From: Azolla caroliniana
Lineage: Eukaryota; Plantae; Polypodiophyta
Assembly (NCBI GenBank): GCA_043228905.1
Contig: JBHGNT010000143.1
Coordinates: 1-64,000, forward strand
Direction of reading: 5' to 3'
DNA: 64,000 bases
Both the position numbers and the translations under genes were made by a program. How positions within the stretch are numbered: the stretch's first letter is position 1; every line of letters starts with the position of its first letter. The notes under the pieces were generated by a model. That model searched no databases. It saw nothing but the letters and a program-made list of their open reading frames with translations, and was not told where the DNA came from. Positions 52,387-64,000 of the stretch are shown in pieces.

Positions 52387-53454
52387 AACATTTTAATTTA
52401 CCTACTACCTCTTCTCAACTCACTCCTCAAATTTGGTAATTTCGTCATGTCTCTCGACCTGAGTTTCAAAATCTTGATTTTTTAATTCCATCTCATAGCT
52501 AGCGTTGTTAGCTTCGATTTGCATGTTTGAACACAAAAATCCGATATCACACGAGCCAGGTATGAACATTTTAATTTACTCAAGGGCTCCTCTCAACTCC
52601 CTCCTCAAGTTTGCTATTTTTGTCATGTCTCCTGACTTGAGTTTCAAAATCTTGATTTTTTAATTCCATATCATAGGTAGCGTTGTTAGCTTCGATTCGC
52701 ATGTTTGAACACAAAAATCCGATATCACACGAGCCAGGTATGAACATTTTAATTTACTCAAGGGCTCTTCTCAACTCCCTCCTCAAGTTTGCTATTTTCA
52801 TCATGTCTCTCGACCTGAGTTTCAAAATCTTGATTTTTTAATTCCATATCATAGGTAGCGTTGTTAGCTTCGATTTGCATGTTTGAACACAAAAATCCGA
52901 TATCACACGAGCCAGGTATGAACATTTTAATTTACCTACTACCTCTTCTCAACTCACTCCTCAAATTTGGTAATTTCGTCATGTCTCTCGACCTGAGTTT
53001 CAAAATCTTGATTTTTTAATTCCATCTCATAGCTAGCGTTGTTAGCTTCGATTTGCATGTTTGAACACAAAAATCCGATATCACACGAGCCAGGTATGAA
53101 CATTTTAATTTACTCAAGGGCTCCTCTCAACTCCCTCCTCAAGTTTGCTATTTTTGTCATGTCTCCTGACTTGAGTTTCAAAATCTTGATTTTTTAATTC
53201 CATATCATAGGTAGCGTTGTTAGCTTCGATTCGCATGTTTGAACACAAAAATCCGATATCACACGAGCCAGGTATGAACATTTTAATTTACTCAAGGGCT
53301 CTTCTCAACTCCCTCCTCAAGTTTGCTATTTTCATCATGTCTCTCGACCTGAGTTTCAAAATCTTGATTTTTTAATTCCATATCATAGGTAGCGTTGTTA
53401 GCTTCGATTTGCATGTTTGAACACAAAAATCCGATATCACACGAGCCCGATATG
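52387..53454. repeat. 3-monomer (534 bp) tandem duplication
   Basis: The TTTTTGTCATGTCTCCTGACTTG variant occurs at ~52620 and ~53154, with matching neighbouring monomers. Confidence 0.85.
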
Positions 53455-56400
53455 AACATTTTAATTTACTCAAGGGCTCCTCTCAAATCACTCCTCAAAT
53501 TTGGTAATTTCGTCATGTCTCTCGACCTGAGTTTCAAATTCTTGATTTTTTAATTCCATATCATAGCTAGCGTTGTTAGCTTCGATTCGCAGGTTTGACA
53601 ACAAAAATCCGATATCACACGAGCCCGATATGAACATTTTAATTTACTCATGGGCTCCTCTCAACTCCTTCCTCAAGTTTGCTATTTTCGTCATGTCTCT
53701 CGACCTGAGTTTCAAAATCTTGATTTTTTAATTCCATATCATAGGTAGCATTGTTAGCTTCGATTCGCATGTTTGAACACAAAAATCCGATATCACACGA
53801 GCTAGGTATGAACATTTTAATTTACTCAAGGGCTCCTCTCAACTCCCTCCTCAAGTTTGCTATTTTCGTCATGTCTCTCGACCTGAGTTTCAAAATCTTG
53901 ATTTTTTAATTCCATATCATAGGTAGCGTTGTTAGCTTCGATTCGCATGTTTGAACACAAAAATCCGATATCACACGAGCTAGGTATGAACATTTTAATT
54001 TACTCAAGGGCTCCTCTCAACTCCCTCCTCAAGTTTGCTATTTTCGTCATGTCTCTCGACCTGAGTTTCAAAATCTTGATTTTTTAATTCCATATCATAG
54101 GTAGCGTTGTTAGCTTCGATTCGCATGTTTGAACACAAAAATCCGATATCACACGAGCCAGGTATGAACATTTTAATTTACTCAAGGGCTCCTCTCAACT
54201 CCCTCCTCAAGTTTGCTATTTTCGTCATGTCTCTCGACCTGAGTTTCAAAATCTTGATTTTTTAATTCCATATCATAGGTAGCGTTGTTAGCTTCGATTT
54301 GCATGTTTGAACACAAAAATCGGATATCACACGAGCCAGGTATGAACATTTTAATTGACCTACTAGCTCTTCTCAACTCCTTCCTCAAGTTTGCTATTTT
54401 CGTCATGTCTCTCGAGCTGAGTTTCAAAATCTTGATTTTTTAATTCCATATCATAGGTAGCGTTGTTAGCTTCGATTTGCATGTTTGAACACAAAAATCC
54501 GATATCACACGAGCCAGGTATGAACATTTTAATTTACCTACTACCTCTTCTCAACTCACTCCTCAAATTTGGTAATTTCGTCATGTCTCTCGACCTGAGT
54601 TTCAAAATCTTGATTTTTTAATTCCATCTCATAGCTAGCGTTGTTAGCTTCGATTTGCATGTTTGAACACAAAAATCCGATATCACACGAGCCAGGTATG
54701 AACATTTTAATTTACTCAAGGGCTCCTCTCAACTCCCTCCTCAAGTTTGCTATTTTCGTCATGTCTCCTGACCTGAGTTTCAAAATCTTGATTTTTTAAT
54801 TCCATCTCATAGCTAGCGTTGTTAGCTTCGATTTGCATGTTTGAACACAAAAATCCGATATCACACGAGCCCGATATGAACATTTTAATTTACTCAAGGG
54901 CTCCTCTCAAATCACTCCTCAAATTTGGTAATTTCGTCATGTCTCTCGACCTGAGTTTCAAATTCTTGATTTTTTAATTCCATATCATAGGTAGCGTTGT
55001 TAGCTTCGATTCGCATGTTTGACAACAAAAATCCGATATCACACGAGCCAGGTATGAACATTTTAATTTACTCAAGGGCTCCTCTCAACTCCTTCCTCAA
55101 GTTTGCTATTTTCGTCATGTCTCTCGACCTGAGTTTCAAAATCTTGATTTTTTAATTCCATATCATAGGTAGCGTTGTTAGCTTCGATTTGCATGTTTGA
55201 ACACAAAAATCCGATATCACACGAGCCAGGTATGAACCTTTTAATTTACCTACTACCTCTTCTCAACTCACTCCTCAAATTTGGTAATTTCGTCATGTCT
55301 CTCGACCTGAGTTTCAAAATCTTGATTTTTTAATTCCATCTCATAGCTAGCGTTGTTAGCTTCGATTTGCATGTTTGAACACAAAAATCCGATATCACAC
55401 GAGCCAGGTATGAACATTTTAATTTACCTACTACCTCTTCTCAACTCACTCCTCAAATTTGGTAATTTCTTGATGTCTCTCGACCTGAGTTTCAAAATCT
55501 TGATTTTTTAATTCCATATCATAGGTAGCGTTGTTAGCTTCGATTCGCATGTTTGACAACAAAAATCCGATATCACACGAGCCAGGTATGAACATTTTAA
55601 TTTACTCAAGGGCTCCTCTCAACTCCTTCCTCAAGTTTGCTATTTTCGTCATGTCTCTCGACCTGAGTTTCAAAATCTTGATTTTTTAATTCCATATCAT
55701 AGGTAGCATTGTTAGCTTCGATTCGCATGTTTGAACACAAAAATCCGATATCACACGAGCTAGGTATGAACATTTTAATTTACTCAAGGGCTCCTCTCAA
55801 CTCCCTCCTCAAGTTTGCTATTTTCGTCATGTCTCTCGACCTGAGTTTCAAAATCTTGATTTTTTAATTCCATATCATAGGTAGCGTTGTTAGCTTCGAT
55901 TCGCATGTTTGAACACAAAAATCCGATATCACCAGAGCTAGGTATGAACATTTTAATTTACTCAAGGGCTCCTCTCAACTCCCTCCTCAAGTTTGCTATT
56001 TTCGTCATGTCTCTCGACCTGAGTTTCAAAATCTTGATTTTTTAATTCCATATCATAGGTAGCGTAGTTAGCTTCGATTCGCATGTTTGAACACAAAAAT
56101 CCGATATCACACGAGCCCGATATGAACATTTTAATTTACTCAAGGGCTCCTCTCAAATCACTCCTCAAATTTGGTAATTTCGTCATGTCTCTCGACCTGA
56201 GTTTCAAAATCTTGATTTTTTAATTCCATATCATAGGTAGCGTTGTTAGCTTCGATTCCCATGTTTGAACACAAAAATCGGATATGACACGAGCCAGGTA
56301 TGAACATTTTAATTGACCTACTAGCTCTTCTCAACTCCTTCCTCAAGTTTGCTATTTTCGTCATGTCTCTCGAGCTGAGTTTCAAAATCTTGATTTTTTA

Positions 56401-57014
56401 ATTCCATATCATAGGTAGCGTTGTTAGCTTCGATTTGCATGTTTGAACACAAAAATCCGATATCACACGAGCCAGGTATGAACATTTTAATTTACCTACT
56501 ACCTCTTCTCAACTCACTCCTCAAATTTGGTAATTTTGTCATGTCTCTCGACCTGAGTTTCAAAATCTTGATTTTTTAATTCCATCTCATAGCTAGCGTT
56601 GTTAGCTTCGATTCGCATGTTTGAACACAAAAATCCGATATCACACGAGCCAGGTATGAACATTTTAATTTACTCAAGGGCTCCTCTCAACTCCCTCCTC
56701 AAGTTTGCTATTTTCGTCATGTCTCCTGACCTGAGTTTCAAAATCTTGATTTTTTAATTCCATATCATAGGTAGCGTTGTTAGCTTCGATTCGCATGTTT
56801 GAACACAAAAATCCGATATCACACGAGCCAGGTATGAACATTTTAATTTACTCAAGGGCTCTTCTCAACTCCCTCCTCAAGTTTGCTATTTTCATCATGT
56901 CTCTCGACCTGAGTTTCAAAATCTTGATTTTTTAATTCCATATCATAGGTAGCGTTGTTAGCTTCGATTTGCATGTTTGAACACAAAAATCCGATATCAC
57001 ACGAGCCCGATATG

Positions 57015-58440
57015 AACATTTTAATTTACTCAAGGGCTCCTCTCAAATCACTCCTCAAATTTGGTAATTTCGTCATGTCTCTCGACCTGAGTTTCAAAAT
57101 CTTGATTTTTTAATTCCATATCATAGGTAGCGTTGTTAGCTTCGATTCCCATGTTTGAACACAAAAATCGGATATCACACGAGCCCGATATGAACATTTT
57201 AATTTACTCAAGGGCTCCTCTCAAATCACTCCTCAAATTTGGTAATTTCGTCATGTCTCTCGACCTGAGTTTCAAAATCTTGATTTTTTAATTCCATATC
57301 ATAGGTAGCGTTGTTAGCTTCGATTCGCATGTTTGAACATAAAAATCCGATATCACACGAGCCAGGTATGAACATTTTAATTTACTCAAGGGCTCCTCTC
57401 AACTCCCTCCTCAAGTTTGCTATTTTCGTCATGTCTCTCGACCTGAGTTTCAAAATCTTGATTTTTTAATTCCATATCATAGCTAGCGTTGTTAGCTTCG
57501 ATTCGCATGTTTGAACACAAAAATCCGATATCACACGAGCCAGGTATGAACATTTTAATTTACTCAAGGGCTCTTCTCAACTCCTTCCTCAAGTTTGCTA
57601 TTTTCGTCATGTCTCTCGACCTGAGTTTCAAAATCTTGATTTTTTAATTCCATATCATAGGTAGCGTTGTTAGCTTCGATTCGCATGTTTGAACATAAAA
57701 ATCCGATATCACACGAGCCAGGTATGAACATTTTAATTTACTAAAGGGCTCCTCTCAACTCCCTCCTCAAGTTTGCTATTTTCGTCATGTCTCTCGACCT
57801 GAGTTTCAAAATCTTGATTTTTTAATTCCATATCATAGGTAGCGTTGTTAGCTTCGATTCGCTTGTTTGAACACAAAAATCCGATATCACACGAGCCCGA
57901 TATGAACATTTTAATTTACTCAAGGGCTCCTCTCAAATCACTCCTCAAATTTGGTAATTTCGTCATGTCTCTCGACCTGAGTTTCAAAATCTTGATTTTT
58001 TAATTCCATATCATAGGTAGCGTTGTTAGCTTCGATTCCCATGTTTGAACACAAAAATCGGATATCACACGAGCCCGATATGAACATTTTAATTTACTCA
58101 AGGGCTCCTCTCAAATCACTCCTCAAATTTGGTAATTTCGTCATGTCTCTCGACCTGAGTTTCAAAATCTTGATTTTTTAATTCCATATCATAGGTAGCG
58201 TTGTTAGCTTCGATTCGCATGTTTGAACATAAAAATCCGATATCACACGAGCCAGGTATGAACATTTTAATTTACTCAAGGGCTCCTCTCAACTCCCTCC
58301 TCAAGTTTGCTATTTTCATCATGTCTCTCGACCTGAGTTTCAAAATCTTGATTTTTTAATTCCATATCATAGCTAGCGTTGTTAGCTTCGATTCGCATGT
58401 TTGAACACAAAAATCCGATATCACACGAGCCAGGTATGAA
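57015..58440. repeat. Partial repeat at a 5-monomer (890 bp) offset
   Basis: The ATTCCCATG/ATCGGAT/CCCGAT monomer at 57015 recurs at 57905, each followed by an AACATAAAA monomer. Confidence 0.75.
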
Positions 58441-58616
58441 CATTTTAATTTACTCAAGGGCTCTTCTCAACTCCCTCCTCAAGTTTGCTATTTTCATCAT
58501 GTCTCTCGACCTGAGTTTCAAAATCTTGATTTTTTAATTCCATATCATAGGTAGCGTTGTTAGCTTCGATTTGCATGTTTGAACACAAAAATCCGATATC
58601 ACACGAGCCCGATATG

Positions 58617-59684
58617 AACATTTTAATTTACTCAAGGGCTCCTCTCAAATCACTCCTCAAATTTGGTAATTCCGTCATGTCTCTCGACCTGAGTTTCAAA
58701 ATCTTGATTTTTTAATTCCATATCATAGCTAGCGTTGTTAGCTTCGATTCGCATGTTTGAACACAAAAATCCGATATCACACGAGCCAGGTATGAACATT
58801 TTAATTTACTCAAGGGCTCTTCTCAACTCCTTCCTCAAGTTTGCTATTTTCGTCATGTCTCTCGACCTGAGTTTCAAAATCTTGATTTTTTAATTCCATA
58901 TCATAGGTAGCGTTGTTAGCTTCGATTTGCATGTTTGAACACAAAAATCCGATATCACACGAGCCAGGTATGAACATTTTAATTTACCTACTACCTCTTC
59001 TCAACTCACTCCTCAAATTTGGTAATTTCGTCATGTCTCTCGACCTGAGTTTCAAAATCTTGATTTTTTAATTCCATATCATAGGTAGCGTTGTTAGCTT
59101 CGATTTGCATGTTTGAACACAAAAATCCGATATCACACGAGCCCGATATGAACATTTTAATTTACTCAAGGGCTCCTCTCAAATCACTCCTCAAATTTGG
59201 TAATTCCGTCATGTCTCTCGACCTGAGTTTCAAAATCTTGATTTTTTAATTCCATATCATAGCTAGCGTTGTTAGCTTCGATTCGCATGTTTGAACACAA
59301 AAATCCGATATCACACGAGCCAGGTATGAACATTTTAATTTACTCAAGGGCTCTTCTCAACTCCTTCCTCAAGTTTGCTATTTTCGTCATGTCTCTCGAC
59401 CTGAGTTTCAAAATCTTGATTTTTTAATTCCATATCATAGGTAGCGTTGTTAGCTTCGATTTGCATGTTTGAACACAAAAATCCGATATCACACGAGCCA
59501 GGTATGAACATTTTAATTTACCTACTACCTCTTCTCAACTCACTCCTCAAATTTGGTAATTTCGTCATGTCTCTCGACCTGAGTTTCAAAATCTTGATTT
59601 TTTAATTCCATATCATAGGTAGCGTTGTTAGCTTCGATTTGCATGTTTGAACACAAAAATCCGATATCACACGAGCCCGATATG
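58617..59684. repeat. 3-monomer (534 bp) tandem duplication
   Basis: GTAATTCCG occurs at ~58671 and ~59205, and TACCTCT-head monomers start at 58973 and 59507. Confidence 0.85.
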
Positions 59685-62600
59685 AACATTTTAATTTACT
59701 CAAGGGCTCCTCTCAAATCACTCCTCAAATTTGGTAATTTCGTCATGTCTCTCGACCTGAGTTTCAAAATCTTGATTTTTTAATTCCATATCATAGGTAG
59801 CGTTGTTAGCTTCGATTCGCATGTTTGAACATAAAAATCCGATATCACACGAGCCAGGTATGAACATTTTAATTTACTCAAGGGCTCCTCTCAACTCCCT
59901 CCTCAAGTTTGCTATTTTCGTCATGTCTCTCGACCTGAGTTTCAAAATCTTGATTTTTTAATTCCATATCATAGCTAGCGTTGTTAGCTTCGATTCGCAT
60001 GTTTGAACACAAAAATCCGATATCACACGAGCCCGATATGAACATTTTAATTTACTCAAGGGCTCCTCTCAAATCACTCCTCAAATTTGGTAATTTCGTC
60101 ATGTCTCTCGACCTGAGTTTCAAAATCTTGATTTTTTAATTCCATATCATAGGTAGCGTTGTTAGCTTCGATTCGCATGTTTGAACATAAAAATCCGATA
60201 TCACACGAGCCAGGTATGAACATTTTAATTTACTCAAGGGCTCCTCTCAACTCCCTCCTCAAGTTTGCTATTTTCGTCATGTCTCTCGACCTGAGTTTCA
60301 AAATCTTGATTTTTTAATTCCATATCATAGCTAGCGTTGTTAGCTTCGATTCGCATGTTTGAACACAAAAATCCGATATCACACGAGCCAGGTATGAACA
60401 TTTTAATTTACTCAAGGGCTCTTCTCAACTCCCTCCTCAAGTTTGCTATTTTCATCATGTCTCTCGACCTGAGTTTCAAAATCTTGATTTTTTAATTCCA
60501 TATCATAGGTAGCGTTGTTAGCTTCGATTCGCATGTTTGAACACAAAAAACCGATATCACACGAGCCAGGTATGAACATTTTAATTTACTCAAGGGCTCC
60601 TCTCAACTCCCTCCTCAAGTTTGCTATTTTCGTCATGTCTCCTGACCTGAGTTTCAAAATCTTGATTTTTTAATTCCATATCATAGGTAGCGTTGTTAGC
60701 TTCGATTCGCATGTTTGAACACAAAAATCCGATATCACACGAGCCAGGTATGAACATTTTAATTTACTCAAGGGCTCTTCTCAACTCCCTCCTCAAGTTT
60801 GCTATTTTCATCATGTCTCTCGACCTGAGTTTCAAAATCTTGATTTTTTAATTCCATATCATAGGTAGCGTTGTTAGCTTCGATTTGCATGTTTGAACAC
60901 AAAAATCCGATATCACACGAGCCAGGTATGAACATTTTAATTTACTCTAGGGCTCTTCTCAACTCCCTCCTCAAGTTTGCTATTTTCATCATGTCTCTCG
61001 ACCTGAGTTTCAAAATCTTGATTTTTTAATTCCATATCATAGGTAGCGTTGTTAGCTTCGATTTGCATGTTTGAACACAAAAATCCGATATCACACGAGC
61101 CCGATATGAACATTTTAATTTACTCAAGGGCTCCTCTCAAATCACTCCTCAAATTTGGTAATTCCGTCATGTCTCTCGACCTGAGTTTCAAAATCTTGAT
61201 TTTTTAATTCCATATCATAGGTAGCGTTGTTAGCTTCGATTCGCATGTTTGAACACAAAAATCCGATATCACACGAGCCAGGTATGAACATTTTAATTTA
61301 CTCAAGGGCTCTTCTCAACTCCCTCCTCAAGTTTGCTATTTTCATCATGTCTCTCGACCTGAGTTTCAAAATCTTGATTTTTTAATTCCATATCATAGGT
61401 AGCGTTGTTAGCTTCGATTTGCATGTTTGAACACAAAAATCCGATATCACACGAGCCCGATATGAACATTTTAATTTACTCAAGGGCTCCTCTCAAATCA
61501 CTCCTCAAATTTGGTAATTCCGTCATGTCTCTCGACCTGAGTTTCAAAATCTTGATTTTTTAATTCCATATCATAGGTAGCGTTGTTAGCTTCGATTCGC
61601 ATGTTTGAACAGAAAAATCCGATATCACACGAGCCAGGTATGAACATTTTAATTTACTCAAGGGCTCTTCTCAACTCCCTCCTCAAGTTTGCTATTTTCA
61701 TCATGTCTCTCGACCTGAGTTTCAAAATCTTGATTTTTTAATTCCATATCATAGGTAGCGTTGTTAGCTTCGATTTGCATGTTTGAACACAAAAATCCGA
61801 TATCACACGAGCCAGGTATGAACATTTTAATTTACTCAAGGGCTCCTCTCAAATCACTCCTCAAATTTGGTAATTCCGTCATGTCTCTCGACCTGAGTTT
61901 CAAATTCCTTATTTTTTAATTCCATATCATAGGTAGCGTTGTTAGCTTCGATTCGCATGTTTGAACACAAAAATCCGATATCACACGAGCCAGGTATGAA
62001 CATTTTAATTTACTCAAGGGCTCCTCTCAACTCCTTCCTCAAGTTTGCTATTTTCGTCATGTCTCTCGACCTGAGTTTCAAAATCTTGATTTTTTAATTC
62101 CATATCATAGGTAGCGTTGTTAGCTTCGATTCGCATGTTTGAACACAAAAATCCGATATCACACGAGCCCGATATGAACATTTTAATTTACTCAAGGGCT
62201 CCTCTCAAATCACTCCTCAAATTTGGTAATTTCGTCATGTCTCTCGACCTGAGTTTCAAAATCTTGATTTTTTAATTCCATATCATAGGTAGCGTTGTTA
62301 GCTTCGATTTGCATGTTTGAACACAAAAATCCGATATCACACGAGCCCGATATGAACATTTTAATTTACTCAAGGGCTCCTCTCAAATCACTCCTCAAAT
62401 TTGGTAATTTCGTCATGTCTCTCGACCTGAGTTTCAAAATCTTGATTTTTTAATTCCATATCATAGGTAGCGTTGTTAGCTTCGATTCGCATGTTTGAAC
62501 ATAAAAATCCGATATCACACGAGCCAGGTATGAACATTTTAATTTACTCAAGGGCTCCTCTCAACTCCCTCCTCAAGTTTGCTATTTTCGTCATGTCTCT

Positions 62601-64000
62601 CGACCTGAGTTTCAAAATCTTGATTTTTTAATTCCATATCATAGGTAGCGTTGTTAGCTTCGATTCGCATGTTTGAACACAAAAATCCGATATCACACGA
62701 GCCCGATATGAACATTTTAATTTACTCAAGGGCTCCTCTCAAATCACTCCTCAAATTTGGTAATTCCGTCATGTCTCTCGACCTGAGTTTCAAAATCTTG
62801 ATTTTTTAATTCCATATCATAGGTAGCGTTGTTAGCTTCGATTCGCATGTTTGAACACAAAAATCGGATATCACACGAGCCAGGTATGAACATTTTAATT
62901 TACTCAAGGGCTCCTCTCAACTCCTTCCTCAAGTTTGCTATTTTCGTCATGTCTCTCGACCTGAGTTTCAAAATCTTGATTTTTTAATTCCATATCATAG
63001 GTAGCGTTGTTAGCTTCGATTCGCATGTTTGAACACAAAAATCCGATATCACACGAGCCAGGTATGAACATTTTAATTTACTCAAGGGCTCTTCTCAACT
63101 CCCTCCTCAAGTTTGCTATTTTCATCATGTCTCTCGACCTGAGTTTCAAAATCTTGATTTTTTAATTCCATATCATAGGTAGCGTTGTTAGCTTCGATTT
63201 GCATGTTTGAACACAAAAATCCGATATCACACGAGCCCGATATGAACATTTTAATTTACTCAAGGGCTCCTCTCAAATCACTCCTCAAATTTGGTAATTT
63301 CGTCATGTCTCTCGACCTGAGTTTCAAAATCTTGATTTTTTAATTCCATATCATAGGTAGCGTTGTTAGCTTCGATTCGCATGTTTGAACATAAAAATCC
63401 GATATCACACGAGCCAGGTATGAACATTTTAATTTACTCAAGGGCTCCTCTCAACTCCCTCCTCAAGTTTGCTATTTTCGTCATGTCTCTCGACCTGAGT
63501 TTCAAAATCTTGATTTTTTAATTCCATATCATAGCTAGCGTTGTTAGCTTCGATTCGCATGTTTGAACACAAAAATCCGATATCACACGAGCCAGGTATG
63601 AACATTTTAATTTACTCAAGGGCTCTTCTCAACTCCCTCCTCAAGTTTGCTATTTTCATCATGTCTCTCGACCTGAGTTTCAAAATCTTGATTTTTTAAT
63701 TCCATATCATAGGTAGCGTTGTTAGCTTCGATTCGCATGTTTGAACACAAAAATCCGATATCACACGAGCCAGGTATGAACATTTTAATTTACTCAAGGG
63801 CTCCTCTCAACTCCCTCCTCAAGTTTGCTATTTTCGTCATGTCTCCTGACCTGAGTTTCAAAATCTTGATTTTTTAATTCCATATCATAGGTAGCGTTGT
63901 TAGCTTCGATTCGCATGTTTGAACACAAAAATCCGATATCACACGAGCCAGGTATGAACATTTTAATTTACTCAAGGGCTCTTCTCAACTCCCTCCTCAA

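Larger units (their letters stand above)
1..64000. repeat. 178-bp tandem satellite array (360 full monomers plus 44 bp), single orientation, probably centromeric or pericentromeric heterochromatin
   Basis: The unit AACATTTTAATTTAC...CACACGAGCCAGGTATG restarts at 1, 179, 357, etc., and in exact phase at 5341, 10681, 16021, 21361, 26701, 32041 and 37381 (multiples of 30x178). After a net -124 bp of indels it restarts at 52921, 58261 and 63601. No non-satellite sequence was seen. The centromeric location is inference from monomer size and HOR structure only. Confidence 0.99.
45389..64000. repeat. Right satellite domain: A-head (TTTACTCAAGGGCTC) dominated, more variant haplotypes, short duplications
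   Basis: Typical alleles are GCATGTTT, AGGTAGC, GTTAGC, frequent CACTCCTCAAATTTGGTAATTT and CCCGATATG. The GCATGA/GCATGG alleles are not seen after ~44461, and no B heads are seen after 59684. Confidence 0.88.

Noticed and set aside
32237-56385. Minus-strand 75-81-aa ORFs (MKLxSRDMTK...)
   Set aside because: These are chance read-throughs where a variant such as TTTA to TTGA or TTTT removes a minus-strand stop. They are useful only as duplication markers.
1-64000. CRISPR array or repeat-spacer system
   Set aside because: There are no unique spacers. The entire 178 bp is repeated, and there is no leader or cas gene.
1-64000. Tandem 5S rRNA, tRNA or snRNA gene array; telomeric repeats
   Set aside because: I found no recognisable 5S, cloverleaf or snRNA sequence and no TTAGGG/TTTAGGG/TTAGG arrays.
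1-64000. Transposon insertion or array inversion
   Set aside because: Phase accounting explains every base with ten small indels. All monomers are in one orientation, and the only inverted tract is the 10-14-bp fold-back.

Overview
The whole 64-kb window is one uninterrupted head-to-tail tandem satellite array: a 178-bp monomer of about 39% GC, with 360 complete units plus a 44-bp partial unit. I see no genes, RNA genes, transposons, CRISPR spacers or unique sequence; the listed ORFs are artefacts of the repeat. The monomer size, homogeneity and higher-order repeats (HORs) suggest eukaryotic centromeric or pericentromeric satellite DNA, but I do not recognise the family. It does not resemble Arabidopsis CEN178 or primate alpha satellite as I recall them. 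A very homogeneous left domain (1-~45,388) is dominated by the 'CCTACTAG' head variant, has no indels until ~42,157, and carries 12-, 6-, 29- and 16-monomer repeats. A more heterogeneous right domain (~45,389-64,000) is dominated by the 'CTCAAGGG' head variant and has short 2-5-mer duplications and two 116-bp deletion monomers. The most interesting signals are a fold-back (inverted, self-templated) mutation at 42,156 and 45,003, variants that repeatedly perfect short dyads, a duplicated domain boundary followed by a strongly divergent monomer, two 12-mer HORs with swapped modules, and a degenerate internal repeat within the monomer. All alignments were done by eye; monomer positions count from the AACATTTT at window base 1.
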